Assembly: GCA_041686485.1 (NCBI GenBank)
Contig: JAWLDT010000012.1
Location: forward strand, 1 to 52,110
Source: Bacteroidales bacterium
Lineage (GTDB): Bacteria; Bacteroidota; Bacteroidia; Bacteroidales; UBA7960
Length of the DNA stretch: 52,110 nucleotides
Direction of reading: 5' to 3'
Part shown: positions 29,209 to 38,215 of the stretch, in pieces
Layout: every line of letters starts with the position of its first letter
Numbering within the stretch: position 1 is the first letter of the stretch
Program-made: the position numbers and the translations under genes
The notes under the pieces: model-generated
Told to the model about the DNA's origin: nothing
Seen by the model: the letters and a program-made list of their open reading frames with translations, nothing else
Database searches by the model: none

Positions 29209-29267
29209 GTGCCGTTAATAAGTCAAAAAGTTATTTCTTTACGGTTACAACGGTTAACACCTTACTT

Positions 29268-31070
29268 ATGTATATTCATACGATTGACTGGCTTATTATC
29301 AGCGCTTTTTTGCTGATCAGTATGGGCATCAGCATCTATTTATCGGGGCGGGCTTCACGAAGTACCAGTGAATTTTTCCTTAGCGGGCGCAAGTTGCCCT
29401 GGTACATCGCGGGCACCAGTATGGTGGCAACCACCTTTGCTGCCGACACACCGCTGGCGATCACGGAGCTGGTTGCAGAGCGGGGCATCAGTGGTAACTG
29501 GCTTTGGTGGAATATGCTGCTGGGTGGTATGCTGACCGTATTCTTTTTTGCACGTTTGTGGCGACGTTCCAATATCCTGACCGACACTGAATTTGTGTCA
29601 ATTCGCTACTCGGGACGGTCAGCCCGGTTTCTGCGAGGTTTCCGGGCCATTTATATTGGGATTTTCATGAATGCCATTGTGATGGCCTGGGTAAATCTGG
29701 CGATGGTCAAGATCCTGGAAGTGATGTTTCCCGACCTTACCCTCTTTGGGTATGCAGGCATTACCTTAGCCGGGATATACTTTAGTGCCCACTTGCTGGT
29801 AGTTGGTGCTATGATGGGCTTTGTTGCACTCTATTCAGCCATCTCAGGGCTCTGGGGCGTGACAATCACAGATACCTTACAGTTTTTCCTGGCCATGGGC
29901 GGGAGTATTGTGCTTGCCATCATAGCGCTCGACCACGTTGGTGGTATGACAGGGCTTCAGGCCCAGCTGGCCGATAAACGGTGGGTGTTTGATTTTTTCC
30001 CGGTGGTGGAGGCCGGAGAGGATAGTGTGTCGGGGACAGGTATGTTGAAAATGAGTGTCGTTGCGCTTGTGGCTTATCTGGGAGTGCAATGGTGGGCCAG
30101 CTGGTATCCCGGCTCTGAGCCTGGTGGTGGGGGGTATGTTGCCCAGCGTATGATGTCGGCCAAAGATGAGAAGCATGCATTGCTGGCAACGTTGTGGTTT
30201 CAGGTGGCGCATTTTGCCATCAGACCCTGGCCCTGGATTATTGTAGCACTCACCGCGCTGGTGCTCTATCCCGAAGAACCGGATAAGGGGGCTACTTATG
30301 TGATGGTGATCCGTGACCTGCTTCCTTCCGGTCTCCTCGGATTGCTACTTGCCGCCTTTGTGGCTGCCTATATGTCGACCATGTCATCGCAAACGGTATG
30401 GGGGGCCTCTTATGTGGTCAATGATCTCTTCCGGCCTTTTATCCGGCCGGGTGCTACAGAGAGGTATTATGTCGGGGTATCCCGCTGGACAACTATGTTG
30501 CTGATGGTCTTCTCCCTGATCGTTACCACACAGTTTGACATGATCAGCGATGCCTGGCGCTTTATCCTTGCGTGTAGCGGTGGTATCGGATTGGTGTTGC
30601 TGCTGCGTTGGTTCTGGTGGCGCATCAATGCCTGGTCGGAAATCGCTGCCATGCTTGCACCGTATCTTATCTATCCAATCTTAATTTATCACTATGATCT
30701 GAGCTATGAATCTATACTCCTGATCATTGTGGCCTGGTCAACATTGGTTTGGTTGACCGTCACGTTCCTGACAGCGCCAACCGATAAACACACACTACAA
30801 TCCTTTTACAGAAGGGTTCATCCGGGTGGTCCCGGTTGGGCAATGATTGCCGGTGAGATGCCGGATGTGGAGGGAGATCGTGGCTACAGATACCTTTTCC
30901 TGAGCTATATCAGTAGCTGTGTGATGGTCATGTTTGCCCTCTTTGGTATTGGGAGGCTGCTGTTTGCTTCCTGGCTGTCAGCCGGGATGTATCTCGGTGT
31001 GGCAGCCATTGCAGCTTTTATTGTTTACCGGCAGCTTTCGAAAACCGGCTGGGACAGCGTAATAAAATAG
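29268..31070 (+). CDS. sodium:solute symporter (SSF) family transporter
   Basis: 600 aa with about 13-14 hydrophobic segments. SGRKLPWYIAGTSMVATTFAADTPL motif is typical of the SSF family. Confidence 0.85.
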   Translation: MYIHTIDWLIISAFLLISMGISIYLSGRASRSTSEFFLSGRKLPWYIAGTSMVATTFAADTPLAITELVAERGISGNWLWWNMLLGGMLTVFFFARLWRRSNILTDTEFVSIRYSGRSARFLRGFRAIYIGIFMNAIVMAWVNLAMVKILEVMFPDLTLFGYAGITLAGIYFSAHLLVVGAMMGFVALYSAISGLWGVTITDTLQFFLAMGGSIVLAIIALDHVGGMTGLQAQLADKRWVFDFFPVVEAGEDSVSGTGMLKMSVVALVAYLGVQWWASWYPGSEPGGGGYVAQRMMSAKDEKHALLATLWFQVAHFAIRPWPWIIVALTALVLYPEEPDKGATYVMVIRDLLPSGLLGLLLAAFVAAYMSTMSSQTVWGASYVVNDLFRPFIRPGATERYYVGVSRWTTMLLMVFSLIVTTQFDMISDAWRFILACSGGIGLVLLLRWFWWRINAWSEIAAMLAPYLIYPILIYHYDLSYESILLIIVAWSTLVWLTVTFLTAPTDKHTLQSFYRRVHPGGPGWAMIAGEMPDVEGDRGYRYLFLSYISSCVMVMFALFGIGRLLFASWLSAGMYLGVAAIAAFIVYRQLSKTGWDSVIK

Positions 31071-31123
31071 TAGAAAAATTGTTGTATTTTTATGGTTGGA
31101 AACGCGAATAGTTTTGCCCTTCG

Positions 31124-32560
31124 ATGTGGTTTTTTATGATAACTGTTATTTTATCCTTTGTTATTGGTTCCTTCCTGACGATGTTGCCTATCCCCGCTGC
31201 CAGTTCGGCAGGGGATAGCCCGCAGCCTGCTGATAGCCTTGATCCGGCACGTCTGCTAAGTAGCTACGTGCAGATTCCTTCTGTTTCAGGTGAAGAAAAA
31301 GAGGCCGGTGAATTTCTGGCAGATTTTTGCCAGGATCAAGGCCTGCATGTGCATGTTTTTACGGACGAACCTGACAGCTATAATTTTGCAGCTTCTTTAT
31401 ATCCGCTGGAAGAAAGCAAACCCAACATTGTATTGTTGTCCCATATTGATGTAGTGCCTCCGGGCAACCCGGAAGGCTGGACCTATCCGCCGTTTAGCGG
31501 TACGATTGCCGATGGAAAAGTATGGGGACGCGGGGCTATCGATAATAAAGCCATGGGCGTGATGCATGTTTTGGCTGTTATACAGTTTGTGGAGCGGGCG
31601 CAGGAAGAAGATCTGCCATACAATGTCAGCGTGTTGGCTGTTTCGGGTGAAGAAACAGGCGGTGACAAAGGTGCTCGCATCATTGCCAGTGAGTATCTGG
31701 ATGAACTGAACCCTGCGGTTGTTTATGCGGAAGGAGGTGCCGGAGTAACCGGTATTATCACTGCAGAACCCGATATGCCGGTTTTTGGTATAGGTGTTGC
31801 CCAGAAACGCAGGATGTTTATGGCTATTGAATCCTCAGTGCAATCATCCGGACATGGATCCGTGCCGCGCGACAGCTATTCTACCAAGGAAGTGGTCGGG
31901 GCAACAAAAGCCCTGTTGGATGCCAAACCACGAATCGTTGTGTCGCCCGTTGTTAAAGAGGCATTGAACGGAGTTGCCTTATATGAAAGCAGCATCCGGA
32001 GCAGGGTGCTTGAGAATGTTGATTTTTTCGCCCCCCTGTTCGGTCGTTTCCTTCGTACCGATCCCCTCATCATCTCCATGCTGACCAATACAACAGCGCT
32101 CACCAGGATTACCAGTGCAGATGGCGCTTACAATCAAATACCCACAGATGCCCGGGCGGTGTTTGACTGCCGCCTGCTTCCCGAAACAGATGAGGAAACA
32201 TTTATCGCCCGTGTTGAAGATATTGTTGAAGATTATGATGTTACAATAGATGTGATTCGGTCTAGCCCCACTACTCCTACTTCAGAACGGGGCCTCTTTT
32301 ATGATGTTTTGGATCAGGCTGTCGTGGAAACTTTTGAACAGGATGTTGTAGCTGTCCCTTTTATGTTTATGGCCATTAACGATAACCGCTTTTTCAGGCG
32401 CGAGGGCATCCCCGCCTATGGTTTGTTGCCCGCCATCATGCCGGAAGAACTGATGGAATCCATTCATTACTTTGATGAAAGAATGCCGGTAGAAGGCCTT
32501 GAAAAAGGCATCCAGGTTTACGTTAACCTCATTAACCGATTGATTTCGGACCAGTTGTGA
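31124..32560 (+). CDS. M20-family metallopeptidase with N-terminal signal/anchor
   Basis: LLSHIDVVPPG, GRGAIDNKA and SGEETGG metal/catalytic motifs of M20A-type peptidases. Hydrophobic N-terminus. Confidence 0.8.
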   Translation: MWFFMITVILSFVIGSFLTMLPIPAASSAGDSPQPADSLDPARLLSSYVQIPSVSGEEKEAGEFLADFCQDQGLHVHVFTDEPDSYNFAASLYPLEESKPNIVLLSHIDVVPPGNPEGWTYPPFSGTIADGKVWGRGAIDNKAMGVMHVLAVIQFVERAQEEDLPYNVSVLAVSGEETGGDKGARIIASEYLDELNPAVVYAEGGAGVTGIITAEPDMPVFGIGVAQKRRMFMAIESSVQSSGHGSVPRDSYSTKEVVGATKALLDAKPRIVVSPVVKEALNGVALYESSIRSRVLENVDFFAPLFGRFLRTDPLIISMLTNTTALTRITSADGAYNQIPTDARAVFDCRLLPETDEETFIARVEDIVEDYDVTIDVIRSSPTTPTSERGLFYDVLDQAVVETFEQDVVAVPFMFMAINDNRFFRREGIPAYGLLPAIMPEELMESIHYFDERMPVEGLEKGIQVYVNLINRLISDQL

Positions 32561-32700
32561 GTTGGGCACTAATGGGTTTGAGTCCATGGACAGTAAACAG
32601 TGAACAGTGAACAGTGAAGAAAGCAAAAAAGCCACAAAACACTACAAAACACGGAAATACATACATAGTTACGCAAACATAAACACAAGGAGCCATTCTT
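32561..32700. repeat. purine-rich low-complexity trailer with tandem heptamers
   Basis: CAGTAAA(CAGTGAA)3 at 32591-32618, followed by CACAAAACA/CTACAAAACA and CATAAACAC words. Confidence 0.8.
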
Positions 32701-34197
32701 ATGCTATTAAAAACAGGAGCTAAAATCCTGGCTGCCACAAGTAAGGTACGTTTCAACAGATGGTATAAAAAACCGGTTGCCCTGCAGCAAAAAGTATTTC
32801 GGGATTTAATTGAACAGGGGCGAAAAACGGCCTTCGGGCGTGAGCATGGTTTTGATAAAGTCCGTGATCAAAACTCATTTGCCCGGCAGGTACCCATACG
32901 GGAGTATGAGGGGTTTAAGCCTTATATTGAAAGGATTTCCGCCGGGGAGAAGGACGTCCTCTGGCCCGGACGACCCATGTATTTCTCCAAGACATCCGGT
33001 ACAACGTCAGGCGCAAAATATATCCCGATAACCAGGGCTTCCATGCCCAACCATATTGAGTCGGCCCGGCAGGCCTTGCTGATGTATATCCTGAAAACCG
33101 GCCGTACGGACTTTATCCGGGGACGGATGATCTTTATCAGCGGCAGTCCCGAGCTGGACACCACCAACGATATCCCCACGGGCCGGCTATCCGGTATCGC
33201 CCACAGGCATGTGCCGGCCTACCTGCGACGTCGCCGGCTGCCTTCCTATGAAGTAAACTGTATCGACGACTGGGAAGAGAAGCTGGATGCCATCGTAAAG
33301 GAGACCATCGACAAAAACATGAGTCTGATCAGCGGGATTCCTCCATGGGTGGAGATGTATTTTGAGCGCATCCTGGATTATTCCGGGAAGAAAACGATTT
33401 CAGAGCTGTTCCCCGGCTTTTCCTTGTTTGTTTATGGGGGCGTGAACTTTCAGCCCTACCGCAACAAGTTCCATCAGCTTATTGGCAAAGATGTTCCCTC
33501 ACTGGAAACGTTCCCGGCTTCGGAGGGGTTTATCGGGTTTCAGGATGAATGGCCCTCCGAGGGTTTGCTGCTCATTCCGGATGCCGGCATCTATTACGAA
33601 TTTATCCCGGCCGACCGCTTTCACGAAGATAACCCACCCCGTATCCCGTTGGCAGATGTTGAGACTGATGTTAACTATGTGATGATCCTGAACACCAATG
33701 CCGGTTTGTGGGGATACAACATTGGCGACACCGTCAAGTTTGTGTCTGCGAATCCTTACCGTTTTGTGTCGACCGGACGTCTGACGCATTTTACGTCGGC
33801 CTTTGGCGAGCACGTCATCGCTGAGGAGGCCGAGGGTGCTCTTCAGGTAGCCGTAAAAGAGACCGGGGCTGTGGTGTCGGAGTTTACCCTGGCCCCCCTT
33901 GTCGATAACCCGGATGGCTCCCCCTGTCATCAGTGGTTTGTGGAATTTCAGAAAGAACCCGGAGACATGGATGTTTTTGCGCGCATTCTGGATGCCTCGC
34001 TTCAGGAAAAGAACCCTTATTATAAGGATTTGGTGTCGGGCAATATCCTGCAGCCGGCCATGGTTTTCAGTTTGCCGGCCGGCACATTCAGGGCGTATAT
34101 GAAGTCTATCGGTAAACTGGGCGGTCAGAACAAGGTGCCTCATCTTGCCAATGACCGCAGAATTGCCGACTGGATCATGGGAAACGTACTTAGCTAA
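32701..34197 (+). CDS. GH3-family (acyl-acid amido synthetase-like) adenylating enzyme
   Basis: 498 aa. SKTSGTTSGAKYIPIT adenylation motif and overall GH3 layout, as commonly annotated in Bacteroidota. Confidence 0.75.
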   Translation: MLLKTGAKILAATSKVRFNRWYKKPVALQQKVFRDLIEQGRKTAFGREHGFDKVRDQNSFARQVPIREYEGFKPYIERISAGEKDVLWPGRPMYFSKTSGTTSGAKYIPITRASMPNHIESARQALLMYILKTGRTDFIRGRMIFISGSPELDTTNDIPTGRLSGIAHRHVPAYLRRRRLPSYEVNCIDDWEEKLDAIVKETIDKNMSLISGIPPWVEMYFERILDYSGKKTISELFPGFSLFVYGGVNFQPYRNKFHQLIGKDVPSLETFPASEGFIGFQDEWPSEGLLLIPDAGIYYEFIPADRFHEDNPPRIPLADVETDVNYVMILNTNAGLWGYNIGDTVKFVSANPYRFVSTGRLTHFTSAFGEHVIAEEAEGALQVAVKETGAVVSEFTLAPLVDNPDGSPCHQWFVEFQKEPGDMDVFARILDASLQEKNPYYKDLVSGNILQPAMVFSLPAGTFRAYMKSIGKLGGQNKVPHLANDRRIADWIMGNVLS

Positions 34198-35533
34198 GGA
34201 TCTCGCTTTCCGGTAGCCCGAAGCATTCATCCATTTTGATGTCCATGTCTTCCAGCGCGTTCAGGATCGGATTATAGATGCCGGGTGTAACCGGGATTCT
34301 GACACCTTTTTCAGTAATTTCACCCTTCAGGATCATTTCCACCGCAATGGCTGCCGGAAGTGTTACCGTACGGGCAATGGCCGTGTCGCCATCCTGACTG
34401 CCGAAGTCGAGCATGCACGACCGGATCACTTCTTTCGAATTATCCGGATAGGCAGCCAGTAGCTTATGTTGCATAGCCACCATGTCACGTTCTTCCGGTT
34501 TAAGGGTCATTTTCTCCATCATCAGGTCGGAGACAATTTCGAACGGGGTGTCCTGACGCCGCTTCATCCGGGTATCTGAAAACAATCCGAGCCACTCCAT
34601 GGCCTTGATGCTATGTGCATCCTCCGGTATACTCAGATAGGAAGCCACCTTTTGTTTGATATTCTCTGCATCTTCTGCACCGATAAGCATCGCAAGCATT
34701 TCGGCATAGGTCATGCCTGTCATGTCGTACGTGTTGTTGGTGATCAGCTTCAGCGCTTTCATGCCGTCAAGCGTTTCACACCATCCCGGGTACCTGAAGG
34801 TTCCCCGCATCATGGTTTTTGCTTCAGGAATACCGTACAGATCAATATAAGGCATGCTGTTGCGGTTTGGGTAGACCTCCAGCTTACCCACGTCCGGGAA
34901 ATGCAGCTTAAAGGTGTTTTTAAAAATATCCTCACCGGGAATAGCAACCTCTTTACCATTGTGGAGGTATAGCGCTTCATTGTTTGATGCCAGCAATACC
35001 CCTTTCGGGCTCCATGAAAATTTGTAGCGGAAAGGGTTATCTGCCGCTTCCGGTGCCGGCAATGCACCGCAGATACTGTAAAAGGCTTCAACATTCCCAC
35101 CTTTGTCATGTACATGGTCGATGATGCGCATGGCCGACATATGATCAATACCCGGATCCAACCCCAGCTCATTCAGGATAATGATTCCGGCATCCCGCAC
35201 TTCCTGATCCAGGGCTTTCATGTCGGGCTTTACATAGGAGGTGGTCACCATGTCTTTCTTATGATAAATACAGTGATGTGCCACTGTTACATGAAAGACC
35301 CAGGGTAGCAGACTCACCACGATATCATGGGAAGCGATCATGGAGTCAAGGGCCTCCGTATCGTCCATCACCCATTCGATGGCGTCTCCGTTCTCCTGGC
35401 CTTCTGTCATCTTTTTCGCACGATCCATGGTGTCGGGAGCCGTGGCTACGGTCACATGGATTTTTTTCTCCAGTAAATACCTGACGATGGGTTTGGCAAC
35501 CATCCCGGCTCCGAGAATTAATACTTTTTTCAT
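34190..35533 (-). CDS. saccharopine dehydrogenase (L-glutamate-forming type)
   Basis: MKKVLILGAGMVAKPIVRYL Rossmann start and GLDPGIDHM motif of the saccharopine dehydrogenase/reductase family. Confidence 0.8.
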   Translation of the reverse strand: MKKVLILGAGMVAKPIVRYLLEKKIHVTVATAPDTMDRAKKMTEGQENGDAIEWVMDDTEALDSMIASHDIVVSLLPWVFHVTVAHHCIYHKKDMVTTSYVKPDMKALDQEVRDAGIIILNELGLDPGIDHMSAMRIIDHVHDKGGNVEAFYSICGALPAPEAADNPFRYKFSWSPKGVLLASNNEALYLHNGKEVAIPGEDIFKNTFKLHFPDVGKLEVYPNRNSMPYIDLYGIPEAKTMMRGTFRYPGWCETLDGMKALKLITNNTYDMTGMTYAEMLAMLIGAEDAENIKQKVASYLSIPEDAHSIKAMEWLGLFSDTRMKRRQDTPFEIVSDLMMEKMTLKPEERDMVAMQHKLLAAYPDNSKEVIRSCMLDFGSQDGDTAIARTVTLPAAIAVEMILKGEITEKGVRIPVTPGIYNPILNALEDMDIKMDECFGLPESEILS

Positions 35534-35633
35534 AATAGAATAGGTATTTATAAGGGTTTTGTATATCTGTCCTGCCAGATTGTATACGTGATGAATTTCG
35601 TTTTGCGTTGCATGATCACCGAGTTATTTCAAT

Positions 35634-35666
35634 AAAAAAAGGAAGCGCTTGCTGTCAAGGCTTCCC
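35634..35666 (-). terminator. intrinsic terminator downstream of the LKR-like gene
   Basis: On the minus strand, GGAAGC-CTTG-ACAG-CAAG-c-GCTTCC forms a hairpin (10 bp with one bulge) followed directly by T7. It lies 19 nt after the stop at 35685. Confidence 0.65.
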
Positions 35667-35684
35667 GAACATGTATGTACAGGA

Positions 35685-36989
35685 TCAGAGATAATCCTGA
35701 ATATACTGATAAGAAGGTGTTAGCTTACCCTGATGCAGGATCAGTGCTTTCCTGATCGCATCCGGCAGTTGCAGGTCCTCCAATGGTACTGTATAATCAG
35801 CTATAGCAATCGGTTTTACAAACGGGAAAAGGGCATCTGCGAAAGCGACAGATGAATCCAGGGGTAATTCGCTTGGCAGTATATCAACGGCCATAACCAG
35901 GATGCCTTCGCCTTTGAACCCCATAAATGGCATATTTTTATGGGGATTGTAAACAAATACCGGATCTTCAATTTCCGTACCCTTATGTGTACACTCGATG
36001 GAGCCGTTTGGGTCACAGGTTATATCACCAATGACGGTTAGTTTTGGCCGCTCATTCCTGAACAGTTCCTTCAGGTATTTTTTCGTTACGATACGTGGAT
36101 ACCTTGTGTCCCAGTACATGCAGTTCATCAGTACCGACAGGTGCGGGATGTACTGTTCGAAGTTGTTCTCATACTTCTCCGGGTGCCGGTAATAATTCTG
36201 CAGCTCAAAATCGCCGCCATCCTTCCGGCGGGAGATATGTTCCTCTTTAAAGATGACTTTGTAGATGATGTTATTTGGCAGCTTTCCCTGGTCCTTCAGC
36301 GAGAGCAGCTGTTGTGGAGAGATTTCCTGTGAGGGAAGCAAGTTTGCTATCTCCTGGGCACCCATGCTCACATTGCCATAGCCGGTAAATCCAATCGTAA
36401 GCGGACACAACTCCTGTGGAAGCCCTTCTTCGGCCATTCGCCTGCCGGCGGCCGATACCGCTTTTTTGGCGTCATGCAGGGATCGGTAGTCACAGGCTTG
36501 CCTGACCGACAAAAACGGGTTGTCTTCATACCCAAACTCCTTCAGGCGCTGACCGAGGCTCCACAACGAGTCAATCATTCCGGCGAGACCGGCAAATTTT
36601 CCGAAAAATATCAGGCGCCTGTTCTGATCATTCGTTATGCATTCGTAATCGATCAGGTTGCAGCCTTTTTCCATCATCTTCCTGAGCATAGGCATGTTGT
36701 AGGACTGTCCTTTGATCACATGACTAAAAAACACATACGTTTTCCCCTGCTCAAACACTGCTTCCGGAATCTCTTTAACCCCAAAGATGACGTTAGCCTC
36801 TTTCAGGTTGGGTTCCACCCTGGCTCCGGCGTTGCGGTATGCATCATCCGGAAAGATCCTTTTTGGGGAACTCTCGGCTATTATCCGAACACCCTCTTCA
36901 ATTAATTTTTTGGCATGGGAAGGTGTTACCGGTACCCGACGTTCCATCTTATATTTATCTTCGTGCCTTATTCCAATAACTGCATCCAT
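35685..36989 (-). CDS. alanine dehydrogenase/PNT-fold enzyme, lysine-ketoglutarate reductase-like
   Basis: 434 aa. N-terminal IGIRHEDKYKMERRVPVTP resembles the LKR domain of eukaryotic AASS. Adjacent to saccharopine dehydrogenase. Confidence 0.65.
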   Translation of the reverse strand: MDAVIGIRHEDKYKMERRVPVTPSHAKKLIEEGVRIIAESSPKRIFPDDAYRNAGARVEPNLKEANVIFGVKEIPEAVFEQGKTYVFFSHVIKGQSYNMPMLRKMMEKGCNLIDYECITNDQNRRLIFFGKFAGLAGMIDSLWSLGQRLKEFGYEDNPFLSVRQACDYRSLHDAKKAVSAAGRRMAEEGLPQELCPLTIGFTGYGNVSMGAQEIANLLPSQEISPQQLLSLKDQGKLPNNIIYKVIFKEEHISRRKDGGDFELQNYYRHPEKYENNFEQYIPHLSVLMNCMYWDTRYPRIVTKKYLKELFRNERPKLTVIGDITCDPNGSIECTHKGTEIEDPVFVYNPHKNMPFMGFKGEGILVMAVDILPSELPLDSSVAFADALFPFVKPIAIADYTVPLEDLQLPDAIRKALILHQGKLTPSYQYIQDYL

Positions 36990-37233
36990 AGAAAATGTTT
37001 TTTAGTTGTTACAAACATAACAAAAAAAGAATGCATGGCTAAATTCTTTTGGTAAAAAAGAAGAAAAGCCGGAAGGTGTAGCTGCTAAACTTAGGTTTGT
37101 TAGTATGTATCAGCAATCCGGTCAATACCGATCCTTTGTTCAACGAATGCCGGTTCAATGATCGCCGGGTTATCCTTTGCAGTAGTGAAACAATGATAGA
37201 TAATGTGCAAAAAAAGCCGGAATGTCTGAAATG

Positions 37234-38184
37234 CTAATCTTTATGGTTTTTCAGGAATTTGAGGCAATTGTCTTCGATACGCTGATGGATGTTATCAGCC
37301 GGTGATTTGACAAACTGTTCACCGGTGATGGTTTCATACAGTTCGATATAGCGTTCGGACACCTGCCGGACAAATTCTTCATCCATATGTGGGGCTGCCT
37401 GTTCAGGGTCGCCGGTGAAGCCTTTTTCGATCAGCCATTCCCTTACGAACTCTTTAGAGAGCTGTTTTTGCGGTTGGTTGGCGTCCTGACGCTCCTGGTA
37501 GCCGTCACGGTAGAAATAACGGGAAGAGTCGGGGGTATGGATCTCATCGATCAGATAGATTTGTCCATCGGCTTTGCCGAACTCGTATTTGGTGTCAACC
37601 AGGATTAGTCCTTTGTCGCGGGCCATTTCGCTGCCCCTGTGGAACAGCTCCAGGCTGTATGACTCGAGCTTTTCGTATTCCTCGCGGCTCACCAGTCCCT
37701 GTTGCAGGATCTCCTGCCTGGAAATATCTTCATCATGGCCAACCTGTGCTTTGGTGGTGGGCGTGATAATAGGTTCCGGAAACTGCTCGTGTTCTTTCAT
37801 CCCCTCAGGCATGGGGACACCGCATAGTGTACGCTTTCCCTTTTTGTATTCACGCCATGCATGCCCCGTCAGGTAGCCGCGGATAACCATCTCCACCGGG
37901 TAGGGTTCGCAAAACCGGCCGGCGGTTACCATCGGATCGGGAACATCGATTTTCCAGTTGGGGACAATATCGGCACTGGCGTCCAGAAATTTGGCTGCTA
38001 TCTGGTTTAAAACCTGCCCCTTATAGGGAATGCCTTCAGGCAGTACTACGTCAAATGCTGATATGCGGTCGGTTACGACCATCAGCATGATTTGATCCCT
38101 GATGGTATAAACATCACGAACCTTTCCTTTGTAGAAATTTGTCTGTTCAGGCAGTTGAAAGCTGGTTTCTGTTATGGCTCTCAT
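37234..38184 (-). CDS. purC: phosphoribosylaminoimidazole-succinocarboxamide synthase (long form)
   Basis: [10 protein letters not shown] and [11 protein letters not shown] motifs. Confidence 0.9.
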   Translation of the reverse strand: MRAITETSFQLPEQTNFYKGKVRDVYTIRDQIMLMVVTDRISAFDVVLPEGIPYKGQVLNQIAAKFLDASADIVPNWKIDVPDPMVTAGRFCEPYPVEMVIRGYLTGHAWREYKKGKRTLCGVPMPEGMKEHEQFPEPIITPTTKAQVGHDEDISRQEILQQGLVSREEYEKLESYSLELFHRGSEMARDKGLILVDTKYEFGKADGQIYLIDEIHTPDSSRYFYRDGYQERQDANQPQKQLSKEFVREWLIEKGFTGDPEQAAPHMDEEFVRQVSERYIELYETITGEQFVKSPADNIHQRIEDNCLKFLKNHKD

Positions 38185-38215
38185 GTGTTGGTGATTTTAA
38201 TGTTTGATTTCCGGG

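Noticed and set aside
27419-29267. Integrated mobile element or defence island between the xdh operon and the SSF transporter
   Set aside because: No integrase, transposase, recombinase, flanking direct repeats or terminal inverted repeats could be identified. Only a TA cassette, a toxin-gene scar and a deleted MscS are present, so the region is described as a decaying islet rather than a defined mobile element.
29065-29316. 83-aa plus-strand ORF upstream of and overlapping the SSF transporter start
   Set aside because: It lies in AT-rich promoter-like DNA and gives an implausible Cys/Leu/Tyr-rich peptide. The SSF N-terminus at 29268 is family-typical.
32282-32756. Two minus-strand ORFs (117 and 74 aa) across the M20 3' end and the repeat trailer
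   Set aside because: Their open frames are produced by the heptamer repeats (FTVHCSLFTVH). They have no independent support.
33499-34230. 243-aa minus-strand ORF overlapping the GH3 gene
   Set aside because: It is antisense to a GH3 ORF with a clear adenylation motif. Its translation is Arg/His-rich and featureless.
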